A DNA stretch of 64,000 nucleotides, from assembly GCA_030141605.1 (NCBI GenBank), contig JAQGDQ010000155.1, forward strand, positions 372,001 through 436,000. The letters run 5' to 3'. The stretch is from Tubiluchus corallicola (lineage: Eukaryota > Animalia > Priapulida). A program made the translations under genes and the position numbers. Under the pieces are notes generated by a model that was not told where the DNA came from, did no database searches, and saw nothing but the letters and a program-made list of their open reading frames with translations. This document shows positions 1 to 12,352 of this stretch, piece by piece (within the stretch, counting starts at the first letter, position 1; every line of letters begins with the position of its first letter).

Positions 1-709
1 GTTGACAGCAGAGTTACTCACGAAGAATTTTGTTACTACAAAACTAAGTTTTGTGGCAAGTTGGCATAGATATATGAGGGCACCAAGGATAAAAAGATTC
101 TTTCCACCATCGCACTATATTGTTTATGCTAGATTATTTATGCTTGGTTTTTCAAGTCTTATGCAAATTTTTATAATAGCCTAACATTGTTCACTGTTTA
201 ATTCTAAGACGTCCACTTAGTCTTCCCTTGCTGGATCTTTTAAAATTTCATCTTCATCAGCTTCAAGCTTAGTCACATGTACAGCTAAAGTTCCCGCCAT
301 ATTACTAGATGAAAAATGTCCACAAAATTTAATACTGCCTCCAGCATATTGTTAGAAAAATCACTTAACAAAACTGCAGGCCGAACTGGAGGTTTGCAGC
401 ACTTTTTAGCTGCCAAGGTAAACATTTGGTGCAGCCAGAAAGAAAGATACTGCGACCGGTAAACTAAAAAAAAAATTGCCTACATTAAACCAACAAGAGG
501 AATAATAAGTTATCCCACATCTGGCACTCGTGCTTTGTAAAAAAAACATGAACAATGCTTTTCAACAACACCAGTGTATAGTTCCAAACCAAATTGAACA
601 ATATCGAATCACTGAAAATTTGAAAATTTGAAAATTTTTCGCTGTATGTTTTAATATAAAAAATGTGAGCAAACATCTTTTACCCCATATTTCGTCGGCT
701 AAGGGTTAA
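1..709 (-). mobile_element. Possible degenerate piggyBac-type element end (runs off the window)
   Basis: AAGGG|TTAA at 701-709 reads TTAA|CCCTT on the minus strand, the piggyBac terminus/TSD signature. A short acidic minus-strand peptide (MAG..EADEDEILKD, about 218-301) is followed by stop-ridden frames. The other end is not visible. Confidence 0.3.
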
Positions 710-1039
710 TGTTTTTTATATATACTTAGAGAGTTACCTACAGTATTAAATATAAAATGAGATCAAATTTTACTACAATTCACTGATCTTGCTATGTATC
801 ATATTATTTCTTATCAGTTATCACCGTACTGTTACAGTATAATTATTATAAGATATTAAAATAAGGTCAACATGTACAGGACTGTATGGTTGTTTGTTAC
901 CCTCGCATTCGGCATTGTTTCGTCTATTGTAACAGTTACAGTATCATACTGATGTAGTACTGCTATTGTCCACGTGTGCAAAATAAAATGATTCTGGCTC
1001 TTATTCTTAACAACATTCGTTTGCTAACTTTGATAAAAT

Positions 1040-1757
1040 AAGCCCTTTCCAAGGTATGCGCATGCGCAGTTGCTGTAGGTCAAGTGTGCCACAGTAATAC
1101 GTCTTAATACTACAACCGTCACGCGACATGTGGGTAAAGCAAAGCAGTCTGCCGCAACAGTTCAATAACGACAAGTTAAATGGATTAAAGTAAAAACATT
1201 GTCGAAAGATTATCCTTATATTGGTACATAATTTCACCACGAGAAAAAGCAGTTAAGTAATTACACCACTCTCCCAGGCAAAAAATAATAAGTGAGTTGA
1301 AATGTACAGCACTTTCCACAACATCTCTTTCAGTTTTAACCGCTTTGCATGTCTGCAAAAACAAGAAGTGATTATTATTTCAATAACGATAATAAGCTTT
1401 TTCGCAATTTCGCTGTGCGCACGCGCAGTTGCTGTAGGTCAAAGGTTAAGTGTACCACAGCAACGCGTCTTAGCTACAACAGTCACGTGACATGTATGTA
1501 AAGCAAAGCAATCTGCGACATCAGTTCAGTAACTTGTTTTACGTGGAGTTTACTTAGTTATGCATTAATCTAAGCGTAAAGTGATTTACTACCAGGTTCC
1601 TGCTTGGAAACAAGAAAAAATAAACTAGGTAAGGTTCTAGCTAGCTGTTACAACTGTCACTACACGTTGTCAAGTGTACACAAATGTGCTGTCTGACACA
1701 CTTAGGCTACGATTTTTTCACGATAATCATTAGTCACTGGAAATGTGAAAAGGCTTA
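1040..1757. mobile_element. MITE family A (PIF/Harbinger-like); one full copy 1394-1756 plus a partial copy
   Basis: Termini TAAGC(C/T)TTTTC...GTGAAAAGGCTTA with TAA/TTA flanks. The core AGGTCAAAGGTTAAGTGTACCACAGCAAC recurs at about 17340-17880, 22625-22990, 37051-37452 and 49708-49983. Confidence 0.75.
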
Positions 1758-2162
1758 CTACTAATCATTTTTAAACAACAGACAATTGAACAGAAATTAC
1801 CATTGATGATTAGTGAGTATTGAAACACTATTTCTGTATTGCGTGCTGAACCGCATGCGCAAAATGTTTAAACATTACTTTTTTACCCTATGTATTACCC
1901 TATTTATTATCCTCTAACGTTTGTTGGAATTTCAGGCGTAAGCAAGCTTGCAATGAATTTGATTAATAGCTATTCTTTAAACCCAGGTTGTGATACCTTT
2001 ACGACTGTTATATACATTTGCGTGTGAAATATCTCAGGTTTGTTAACGACGTTCACACCTAACATTAATATCAGAACGGGCGTAAACATACATACGGTAT
2101 GCAGTATTAACAAGAACAAAGGGGTCTCTAGAAACCGATCTACCTACATTATTTAAAAGAAA

Positions 2163-2720
2163 GCCGGACTCAATCTTGAACTGTAGGTCAAACCAATGTA
2201 CTGTTTAAAATATAGAAAGAAAACACACTATTTTGTCAAAATGACTTACGTGAAAGAATTATTACCACACAAACACAATTTCGCATTAGCACCATTAGTT
2301 TTTCCCTGTTATGTGCATTTCACCATTCGCTAGTTAGACGGGCACTAGCGCCTGCATTTGGCTAATGCAGTACACAAAAAGGTGCCGTACCTATCAGTTC
2401 AGATGTGTTAGTTTGTGACGAACTACACTCGTTCGACAGCTCATGCGTGAGCACAACGGAAATTTGAAATTTGAATTTTTATCTTAAAACTTGCCTAGTT
2501 TTAGTACAACACACTGAATATCTTACAGTAGCAATGTAATTCAATTTTCATTTTCGCAAACACAAGCAACACTCTCGTTGAATATTTTTGCTGTTGAAAA
2601 TTATGCTAGTTTGTGATGTCATCAATAGTTGGGCTCGCCCGCATTTGATTAAGATTTAATTTATTATTTAATTATTAGAAACGCTTTTGCATTGTTGATT
2701 GTGTTAGAGAAGTTATAGAG
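2163..2720 (+). mobile_element. Dispersed ~550-bp repeat family B
   Basis: Starts CCGGACTCAATCTTGAACTGTAGGTCAA and ends near AGAAACGCTTTTGCA. Colinear copies at 11068-11560 (+), 20321-20910 (+) and 45830-46389 (-). Confidence 0.8.
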
Positions 2721-2935
2721 GTAGCGAACTGTCGTCATTTGTGGAAGTGAATATCTTGTGATATTGACGATGTTGATGATGAAGATAACTGTAAAATTTT
2801 TGATAGCATTAAAATAGCATTAGGGGAATTTTGAACACGATCAGACTTTAGGATTCCTTTTATTTGTTTCTTGTTCAATATGTTGTATTATTCATTGCAT
2901 CACATGTGCTAAATTTGTTTGTGTATATATTTTGT

Positions 2936-2983
<48 letters not shown>

Positions 2984-4034
2984 TTTAAAAGTTTTATAAA
3001 GGTTCGTTCAGACAGACACGTTTAGGTATCTTCTTATTTTCAAACAATTTGTTACACATTTTATACCCAAATTCTAAGAACAACAACTAGGATTATTTTA
3101 TACTCTTTCTACATAAAAATGCTCTCCATGGCCTGAATTCTTATATGCTATAAGCAAATAAATTGGGTATACCAAATATCGGCACAAAAGAAAGTGAGGT
3201 TAAATTGTTCGCATGTGAATGCAACATGAAATTCACACCCTAAAACTGATGTGATTGATTGTACTTCTATTGGGCGGGGAAAATGTTGACTATTTATTGA
3301 CAATAAACTCACAAACATTCTTGAAAAAAGGGTAAATTTAGAGAGTGAAAGTTGCCATGCTTATGGTCGCTCCTTAGCGAAGAATGTTGAGTTTTATTTG
3401 AAGAAAGTTTCGTATATAAAAACACAAACACACACTTACACACTCGTGTTGTATCTTCACGTTCCCAACAGTAAGTAAACGATAATATTTATAAGCAGAG
3501 AGAGTCATAGTTTTATTTTTATTAATACACATATGTGTACACATAATTATTTTTGCTAATAAAATATGTGTTAACACGTATATACACACACGCTTATGTA
3601 TATATATACATATGTTTTATTAACAAAAAAGTACATATATGTGTACGGTTTAAACGGTTTTATTACGGTTTTTTTGTCGTCTCATAAGCAAGAAATTTTG
3701 TTTATTGGTTTGTCTGAACAGCACAATAATTTATTATTTTTTGCAGTTTATGCAATGTTCATTAATGTTCATGTTCACTACCCAATGAACAAACTTCATT
3801 GCTTATGGGTCTTGCAGATCTTTACAGATCCTTTGAATTGTTGGATGTAGGCTTTAATAAATTTGATGCCCATAATTACATTGTAAAATTTAAATAAAGA
3901 TAATTAATGAATGAATGGACATCTTTTATTTTAAGTATTTTATGAAAAACACATATTATAAGATTACGCTGAAGTATCTGTTTGTTCTAACTTAATTTGT
4001 TGAAACAAAAGTAAACATAGAACAGATCAATAAT

Positions 4035-4230
4035 TGTTAACACAATAAAAAATAATGGCTATTGTTGACAGTAACGAGGTACCTCTTTATTGCTTACGTC
4101 TTGATTCAGTCTTGCATCATCATCCACGCACTGACATAATCCAGACAATGATGCAAGACTACATTGAAAGTAAATAATGAAGAAGTGTCACATTGTTACT
4201 AACAACAGCCTTTGTTTTATTGCATTATCA
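4035..4230. mobile_element. Imperfect palindrome, Penelope-like terminal-repeat remnant
   Basis: The arms pair: AATAAAA..GGCTATTGTT..GTCTTGCATCAT with ATGATGCAAGAC..AACAACAGCC..TTTTATT. It shares the TGATGCAAG core with the 48.3-48.8 kb palindrome. Confidence 0.5.
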
Positions 4231-5037
4231 CATAACGTTCCGCTGAAACAAATTTAAATCAATGGCTCGAGATATAACCTATAATAAGTAGATTTGTTAC
4301 TAAAACTGCAAAAACAATTATGTATGCTCATGAGTTACCTCTTTTGCTCCTAATTAACTTATATTCGTCCAGATGTAACATCTTTGACAATGGATGTTAA
4401 ATGGATTATACTTGCCTGGTAGTACAACATAGCATCAGCCATTCTTTAGTTAGAACTGCTGTAAACTTTTACTAATCCCGATAGTTCATATTGTTCTAAT
4501 TTATTCATCCAGATAATGGAAAAATTTTCCGCTAGGTGCCAAAAATAGAAAATGGTTGCGTTGTCACAGATCTTTTTCCAGTCTTGAAAACAATGGCTTG
4601 TAATATATCAAACAAAAGGTCTCGGGGAGACAAGTTTAGGGGCATCAGTTGCGCCGTGACTGGTTGACCTCTGACGCCACTACGGTCAAGGAGACAAATG
4701 CCCTCTTACATCGACTGAAGCTAGCTTGTAGCACATGAAATGAAGGGTTTCGACTAGACGAATCAAATGATCAAAGTTAGCAGGAGATCAGTTGACCTTT
4801 GACCCAGACGTCACTTGTTGAATATTTATAACCTGTAATTTCATTGTAAAGGGCAGTCAAGCAACCGGAATTCAATAAAATCAAAATTATAACGTCCAAA
4901 CAAAAGACTGGGGTCTTTTCTGGGCCTAATTCTGTAACTATTGGTGCAAAATCTTCAGTTTCTGACCCCGTCACTAACATTGTCTCCTAATTCTCTGTTT
5001 AAAGTTTACAGATTCTAGCTGGCAATCATACCACAAC

Positions 5038-5447
5038 ATGAGGGTTCTACTTCCATTTTCTATGGTCTTTGCTGCCTCGGTGTTAATAATGGGTAAGTAG
5101 ATGTTATTGATTTCACTTTCGTAATATAAGTAGATTCGGCAGGTCCGAAATCTGTCTTAGTCCTCAAATCCTCAAATCAAGTTCTCAAAACAGAGAATCC
5201 AATTTAGTGTCTCTAAGTACTTAGTTCTTAGTCTTTTATATAGCGTTCTTACGCGATGAAATAAACTTTATATGAAATGAAATTAAATGAAACATGCATC
5301 CCTAACCCAAATGAACTGACGATGGGAAATAATGTTACCAGATGTAGTTTTTGTGAAAGCCATCCATTTACTGATTGTGCTGGAGAAGCTTAACTCCAAT
5401 TGTCAAGCTTTGTTTGCTAGGTTATCAATATCATTGCAGCCATTCAC

Positions 5448-5527
<80 letters not shown>

Positions 5528-8500
5528 TGTTATGCACAAAGTAAATATATGCATTTTATACATGAGTAAATGTAAACAGTAAAATTATTATAAATCATCA
5601 AACATGTCAGGGTCTGTCATTCATCTAGTAGTTAGACACATAGAGCTAAAATAAAATTTTCATAAAAAATACATAAAATATTCAAGACAAATTACTTAAA
5701 ATACAAAAAGTGTCTACAAATAGGATTGAACACTAAAAATAAATAAAGTGTATATACGAAGCCAAAGGATTACTGTGCGTGCTCTTCGATAGTATAATGA
5801 TAAAAGACAGCCAGCTTGAAAGAGGATAATGATGCCATTAGAATGGGATCTAAAGGTAATTCGTTCCACAAACGTGGAAATCTGTTATAAAACGAGGCAC
5901 GCAGACAGGTGGTTCTATTTCTGTTTAAGAGCATACGCCCATGCATACGGCTTGATTTTGAAACATTGGTGGGGGAAGAAACCATTGATTGCCTTATATC
6001 AAAATACAAGAAAGGATTTAAAATAAAAAGAAACTGAGACCATTGAATACCAATTTAAGTTGGATTTAAATGTGGTCAGTGATGTAGTGTGCCGTAACTG
6101 GCTTCAAGACAGTTGATAGTTAAAGTGAAACTAAACGGTCACTATAATATCAGCTTTTACAACTCAAAATTCTACTCTCATTACGAATATTTCATTGATT
6201 TCATTACAAACTTCCTGTAAAATTTGTTCCTTCTGATTTTTATGACTTCGCTGTTAGAGCGTTAAATTTGAAGAACCGCCATTTTTTGATGCGCTAGACA
6301 AATGACGTCATGAGTACAGTCACAAGGTCACTAAAGATTGATAATCATCGGTAAACAAGGACGCTTTCTGTACCTCGTACGTCACTCTCGCTGACTCGCG
6401 CAAAAGACCCGAAACATGGCGATCTTTGTGGCAATGCACGCGTTCGAAATTCACCAGAAATAGGTAAGTTTGTCTTTTGCATAGTAATAACTGAATTATT
6501 TGCGTAATCATAATAATGCGCTAAAAGAAGCTTCACTAGCTGTTTGGGTTATATAGGCCTTAAAACTAGGGATGGCTTTCCCAAAAGGTAGATTTTGATG
6601 AAATCTGCATTTTCATATTTAGAGTTTTTCTTTATTTTCAGCTGTTAACGTTAACCTGGCAGTTGGACAAAGTACCGACACAATAGTAACTGACGATGAC
6701 ACAGGCGCTACCGAATCTGTCACTGATACTACTGACGCAGCAGTCGGCAATTGGAGTGAATGTATAACCAGTACAATTTGCAAGCCATGTGGAACTACCC
6801 AAGGTTCTCAGACTTGTACCCGAACGTGTGAACCTTCAGGTTCCTTATGCACAAGCCTCGAGTAAGTGTAGCTTTAAAACTCCTTTGACTTGCCATTTCA
6901 TAAAATCTGTGAAATGCTGTAAGTTTATTTTCTGTTAGAAATTTTGTCTCAAGGCCTTCATCAGGTAACAAGTTTCTGTAACGAAAATTCACATATAGGT
7001 TTTACACGTCAAATGTAGACACAGGAAAGTTCAAGTGTGACTTAGGTAAGTCAAATGTAGACATAGGAATCTCGAAAGTATTTTGGTAACTCAAATGTGA
7101 CTTAGGTAAGTCAAATGTAGACATAGATATTTCGAATGTGTTTTGGTAACTCAAATATGACTTAAGTAAGTCAAATGTAGATTTGGTACTTTGAAAAGAT
7201 CAGTAATTAACTCATTTAAGTGCAAACTACAAAAAGATAAAACCAATTTAAAATTATATTTTATGGTCATGGTGCTAATTCTACATTTTATTTGTCAACG
7301 TTTAACAAAAAATGTCGACAGAAAAGAATAAATCGGTTCCCACTTCCCAATGAACAGTGAATCACTAATTAGTTTTTTAAGTAATGCATTAGCACTGCAT
7401 TAATGAATTAGTTTCTCTCAAGAAACGTTCTTCATTTTAAGAATGTATTGTTTTCTCTAACAGTTCCAATGGTATGTAAAGTTTGCAGAATATTAGTGAA
7501 CCTATAACGTTGTTATTTTAATTTAAGAGCAATTATTAAATTGAAATTAAAGAACATTAAGTTTAACATCCTTAAACTTTACCACCTATCCACATTTGAG
7601 ATACCAATGCCACATTTGACTTGACATGTGTCAACATTTGACTTACCAGAAACGCTTAAGATTTCTTGAAAACCATTGTTAACACATTTGAACTACCTAA
7701 GTCCATATTTGAGTTATCAAGACACATTTGAATTACCTAAATCTACATTCGAGTTAACGCAGGTCTACATTTGACATGTAAAACCTATAGAAAAATCAAA
7801 TTTATTGAAGCGATTTTACTGTGTTAATTTATTCAGCAAAATTTGGTTTACTGAAAGTAATTTACCACGTCAGTGTCTCTTACACCAAGTTTATTTTTAT
7901 TTAGTTGATGAAAGTCGTGAAACCAGACCCTCGTCAGCTAAGAAAAGCTAAATTTGTGTAATGAAAACTGACACAGTAAAATCCCTTTTTTCTATATCAA
8001 TTATCATTACATTAGTTCAATTTAGCTTAGTTTAGTTAATGAAAATCATTCAGTGGACTTACTGGAATCGTTATTGAGACTAAATGATTAAAATCACAGA
8101 ACTATTTTCCCAATTCTTAACCATTGTTTTCTGTTTATTGTTTTCTTGTTCTTATTCTGACTGTCTGATTTTTTGCACGAACAAGTGGAACTCAAATGTT
8201 AGAAACCGAAACTTTGACGGAAACCTGCACCGGCTCCGCATGCGTGCCAAGCGGTGGCAGTTGGAAGTTTAGAAAATGTGCAATAATTGATTACAGGGGA
8301 AGAATAAGGTAAGAACTATGGTACACATGCTACTTTAGTTGGACTAAATTACAGTTCTAGTCTAGGACTCTGTTACACATACTACTTTAATTGGACTAAA
8401 TTACAGTTCTAGTCTAGGACTCTGGTACACATGCTACTTTAGTTTGACTAAATCACAGTTCTAGTCTAGGACTCTGTTACACATGCTACTTTAGTTGGAC

Positions 8501-11500
8501 TAAGTTACAGTTCTAGTCTAGGACTCTGGTACACATGCTAGTTTAGTTGGACTAAATTACAGTTCTAGCCTAGGTCTCTGGTACACATGCTACTTTAGTT
8601 GGACTAAATTACAGTTCTAGTCTAGGACCCTGGTACGCATGCTAGTTTAGTTGGACTAAATTACAGTTCTAGTCGGTGTGTTAGTTTATGTTTGGGTTTA
8701 ACGGTGACAAACAAACAAAGTCATCAAGAACTGCTTAGTATAATATTTTATTGTTCGTGCTCCATCATCAAGGCACATGCTCTTTCGTCACTTCACTTCA
8801 TATCTGACATGCATTGAGACGCCGTTTTCCAAAATTATATATTTTAATTGAAATGAAATGCAAATTCTTTTAAATAAACTAATTCATAAACTAATACATC
8901 TTTGGCATCAAATCATAAGTTACACAGAAAATTTGTCAACACGTCATCACTGCTTTGAACACATTGAAACTTGAATGACAGGTATTTAAAACTAGGGTGC
9001 TAATATTGATGCCAGATGTCACCACCTTACAGGTAAGAACAGGTAAGTTAACTTAATCTAATCAAAACGCACATTTAACTATTATTAGTTATATTGTAAG
9101 AACAAACTATTTTGGTCATTTAACAAACAAAAATCTTCAACAGTTTAGAAACTTTTGAAATGCTGGACAGTACAGCTAGCGGTTATATTACATAAGTGAA
9201 CCTAATGTTTAAATGACACAGTCACTGCACTTAGTTTGCATATCTTTGAAAATTTGAAATGCAATGGCACTGTACAACTCTGACGTGGTTTTATATTGAC
9301 ACGGAAAAAAGTTTAACATTAGAAATTCTGATTTCAAACTCGCCGCCATGTTGTCTGGCGAATTCACCACAAGTGTGCTCACGTCACAACTGAACTGAGA
9401 GGAACGGAGCCTGTTTTTGTGCACCTGAGATGCCGGCGTTGTCCATCTTACGGCATCTCGTTGCGAGAACCTGAAATTAAACTTCCGGTAATAATTATTT
9501 TCCGGTAACCGATCATTTATCTATGAACAAATCAATAATGGCACCTTAGGTCATTTTGAGTCTTGATTTAACATTGAGTCCAGCGTTCCGATAAGCCAGT
9601 GTCGGATTATTTCAACCACCTTACGTTTAAACGACTACTTCCATATCACATTGAAAACGCCAGTTCTCGTCTGAAGTTAAGCAACGTAGAGCCTGGTTAG
9701 TACTTGGATGCGTAACCGACTAGGAATACCAGGTGCTGCAGGCTTGCGGATGATGCCTACACTGTAACTCGACACTAGGCGGGGGTACTGCACAAGCAGC
9801 CAACAGCTAGAGGGCGGAGGAGGTCATGTGACCCAACTGCCATGTGTAGAGGAGTAGACCTTCCAAATCAGGAGTGGAGCACCGAGGACGGACCAGTGCA
9901 GCATGCTCACTGACTCCGGCAGCTCCTGCAGGCAACCTGGTGCCAAACGTATCGCTCCGCTTTCCTTTGGACTACACCAGGGGGAAGAGAGGGGGTTCCT
10001 GTTGTCTGGGCAACTCAGGACCTCCATACACCTTGCCCAGGCGTGTGCCCTGGAGAGGCTACTCCAGTGGTTCAAGGATCGTACTGCTCAGCCACAGTCG
10101 ACGCTGCAGCTCCATCAATGTGATCAATAACTGAATCACTTGGCACACACTCCATTGTCTTCCGATGCCAGAAGGATGCCAACAACAACAATGTTTAAAG
10201 GAAAGAACAAGTCACTCATTATGCTGGGAAAAACTGCCTATAAATCATAAATTTAAAATATTTAGGCGAATGGAAATTTTCAGGCGCAGTGGTTGCCGCC
10301 ATTCACTTGAAAATAATGACGTGACTGGGAGACTTCGAGACTTTTCGTAAGCGCGTCGTGACTTTCCGTAATAAACTAATTCAGACTTCTGCATCTTACC
10401 TAATGTTCACGCAAAAATATTACAAAATTATCTTTTTTATAAAAACGTATTATACTTTTGGCGAAGCTTGACAGTGCACTACTCTCTTCAAGACGAATGA
10501 CGTCATTGGTGGAAGAATGGGCATTGAAAATGGGAGCATCCAAACATGTAGTGATCGCGACTTTAAAGTGATTTTACTAGTTACACGAGACGCTTATTGC
10601 AGTTTTTTTTACTAAATTCTTCTAAAATTTTTCGGGAACATTGAAATAAGCTTAACTTCCCAGAAGCGTTGACCTTTCCTTTACCGTCTAATTTAGCTAA
10701 AACGTGAAACATTTACACAAGGAAATGTCAAGTTATTCATGTAAAACTGTAGCAACAGAAATTGAAACAGGTTTGTTTTTTAGCAAAATTTTAAGTGTGA
10801 TGCAACTACAACGCTTAGCCTGCTACATCTGTTGATACCCTTGAGGTTGTAGTTGTCAGGGAAATAATTTTCTGGTGAACAATTCCACAGATAAGAAGCC
10901 CGGGGAAAAGTATTGGATTTATCTTCTAGGCAGGTATAGAGTAAGCCCATGAGAAGTAAGTACAAAGATGTGTACTATAAACAAGCTGTTAGTTTTTACT
11001 AACCTGTGAGGAAGATATGACAGCATATTTCATTGAAGTAACGATAAAAGAGACTAAAAGGAAAAACGGACCGAATCTTAAACTATAGATCGAAGCAATC
11101 TAATCTGTGAAATTTTGAAAGGAACATATTGTTTTTTTCAAGAATGACTTGCATGAAAGACATATTTCCGCGGAAACTTTTCCATAGCGCGGCTAGTTCT
11201 TCGCCTTACTGCATTTCTCATTCGCTAGTTAGACAGGTAAAAAACAAGCACGGCACTTCTCATTTCAGATGTGTTCAGTTGCGACGTGGTGCACACTTTT
11301 GAAAGTGGTAAACTTGAAATTTAAACGATGAAACTTAAAATTTACCGAGTTTTTGTATATCACACTGAATGTTGTACAGCAGCACTGTACTTCAATTTTG
11401 GCTTTCACGCAACACCTTTGTCAAAAATTATGCTCGTTTGTGACGTCAACACTAATTGGGTTCGCGGTCGTTAATTAATTTTTTATTCTATTACTTTATT

Positions 11501-11743
11501 TATTACCTAAATCAAATGAACTATGATCAGAAACACTTTGGCGTTATTATTGGTGTAGAATATATATATTACCGTACTTCAAAGTGGTTTAGAATATGAA
11601 AAATGAACCTGTTTTTCTTTAACATATTGTGTCACAATGACAAACTGTATTTGTGCTTTTACAGAAAAAATAAAGTTTGTACGATGTGGTGCGCCAGGGG
11701 GCATGCATTGGACCTTCGTACGCTGCAGTGTGTTGCGATATAA
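5038..11743 (+). CDS. Secreted 158-aa protein: signal peptide, Thr/Asp-rich linker, TSP1 repeat, CBM14-like Cys tail (4 exons)
   Basis: Exons 5038-5092, 6642-6861, 8186-8308, 11665-11743. All introns are GT-AG with matching phases (1,2,2), giving 477 nt open. Signal peptide MRVLLPFSMVFAASVLIM. TSP1-like WSECITSTICKPCGTTQGSQTCTRTC...ETCTGSAC. C-terminal CARGHALDLRTLQC. Confidence 0.8.
5449..6030 (-). mobile_element. CR1/L2-type LINE 3' remnant with (AAT)n tail
   Basis: Minus-strand peptide RASFYNRFPRLWNELP..MASLSSFK is a typical ORF2 C-terminus. It is followed by an AT-rich UTR and the (TAT)n run at 5449-5526. Confidence 0.7.
6994..7789. mobile_element. Foldback-type non-autonomous DNA element
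   Basis: TATAGGTTTTACACGTCAAATGTAGAC on the left versus GTCTACATTTGACATGTAAAACCTATA on the right. The ~200-bp arms are built from TCAAATGT subrepeats. Confidence 0.8.
8316..8673. repeat. 52-bp minisatellite, ~7 copies
   Basis: Unit CTCTGGTACACATGCTACTTTAGTTGGACTAAATTACAGTTCTAGTCTAGGA; period 52 (8368 to 8420). Confidence 0.95.
9633..9745 (+). pseudogene. 5S rRNA-derived sequence (head of a SINE3-type element)
   Basis: GACTAC..CCATATCACATTGAAAACGCCAGTTCTCGTC..GAAGTTAAGCAACG..GCCTGGTTAGTACTTGGATG..GGAATACCAGGTGCTGCAGGCTT matches metazoan 5S. About 7 nt are deleted and there is no oligo-T terminator. Confidence 0.9.
9633..10191 (+). mobile_element. 5S-derived SINE (SINE3 type), ~560 bp, in intron 3 of the TSP1 gene
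   Basis: 5S head, GC-rich body, (CAA)n tail at 10180-10191, and a GTTTAAA direct repeat at 9625-9631 and 10193-10199 as candidate TSD. Confidence 0.8.
10280..10685 (+). mobile_element. Dispersed repeat family C
   Basis: Colinear with about 23470-23855. Shared strings include GAATGACGTCATTGGTGGAA, GACTTTAAAGT.ATTTTACT and TTGACCTT.CCTTT. Confidence 0.7.
10780..10930 (-). mobile_element. LINE ORF2 C-terminal remnant
   Basis: Peptide TFPRASYLWNCSPENYFPDNYNLKGINR resembles the F.PR...LWN.LP...FP..YNL LINE tail motif. Confidence 0.5.
11068..11560 (+). mobile_element. Repeat family B copy
   Basis: Colinear with 2163-2720. Confidence 0.75.
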
Positions 11744-11787
11744 CTGAATATGAGACCAAAAGTTTCAGAGACTTGAATCGCCATAAT

Positions 11788-12352
11788 TTTCGTTTGTCTT
11801 CGATTTATTAGTTTTTCTTGGGCATTTTAGATGTTTGAATGAATACTTTTTTATGTTAATATATATAACTTTTGCAAGTTAGTCGTTTTTTAAATACATG
11901 GAATATTCGTTTTTGATTTGGCCTAATCAAGATATTGAAATAAGGTATAACAATCGTAAAATAACAAGGTAAAATAAGGTATTGAATAGTAAAAAATAAT
12001 TGAATACTGATCCGAATATATGTAGTGTGAGCATGTTAAATATTTTTCCATGGAAGAATTTCCCTTGAAAGTTTAAAAACTGTATTTGGAAGTTGTTGTT
12101 TGGAAGTTTTCGTTTCTCTTCGATCTGTTATTTTTTTTCGGGCATTTTAGATGTTTGAATGAATACTTTTTATGTTGTTATATATAACTTTTACAAGTTA
12201 GTCGGTTTTAAATGCCTGTGCTATTGGTTTTTGCATATGCCTAATCAAGATGTTTAAATAAGGTATACTAATCGTATTGAATAGTAAAAAATAAATGTAT
12301 ACTGACCGACTCATGTGTAGCGTGAATATGTTAAATATTTTTCTCTTGAAAG
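11788..12352 (+). repeat. Direct duplication of the TSP1 gene 3' region (offset ~320 bp)
   Basis: TTTCGTTT.TCTTCGAT...GGGCATTTTAGATGTTTGAATGAATACTTT...ATGTTAAATATTTTTC occurs from ~11788 and again from ~12108. Confidence 0.85.

Noticed and set aside
9633-9745. Functional 5S rRNA gene
   Set aside because: Internal deletion, substitutions, no oligo-T terminator, and it runs into a SINE body and tail.
9824-10134. Three overlapping short ORFs in GC-rich sequence
   Set aside because: They fall within the SINE body; GC richness explains the lack of stops.
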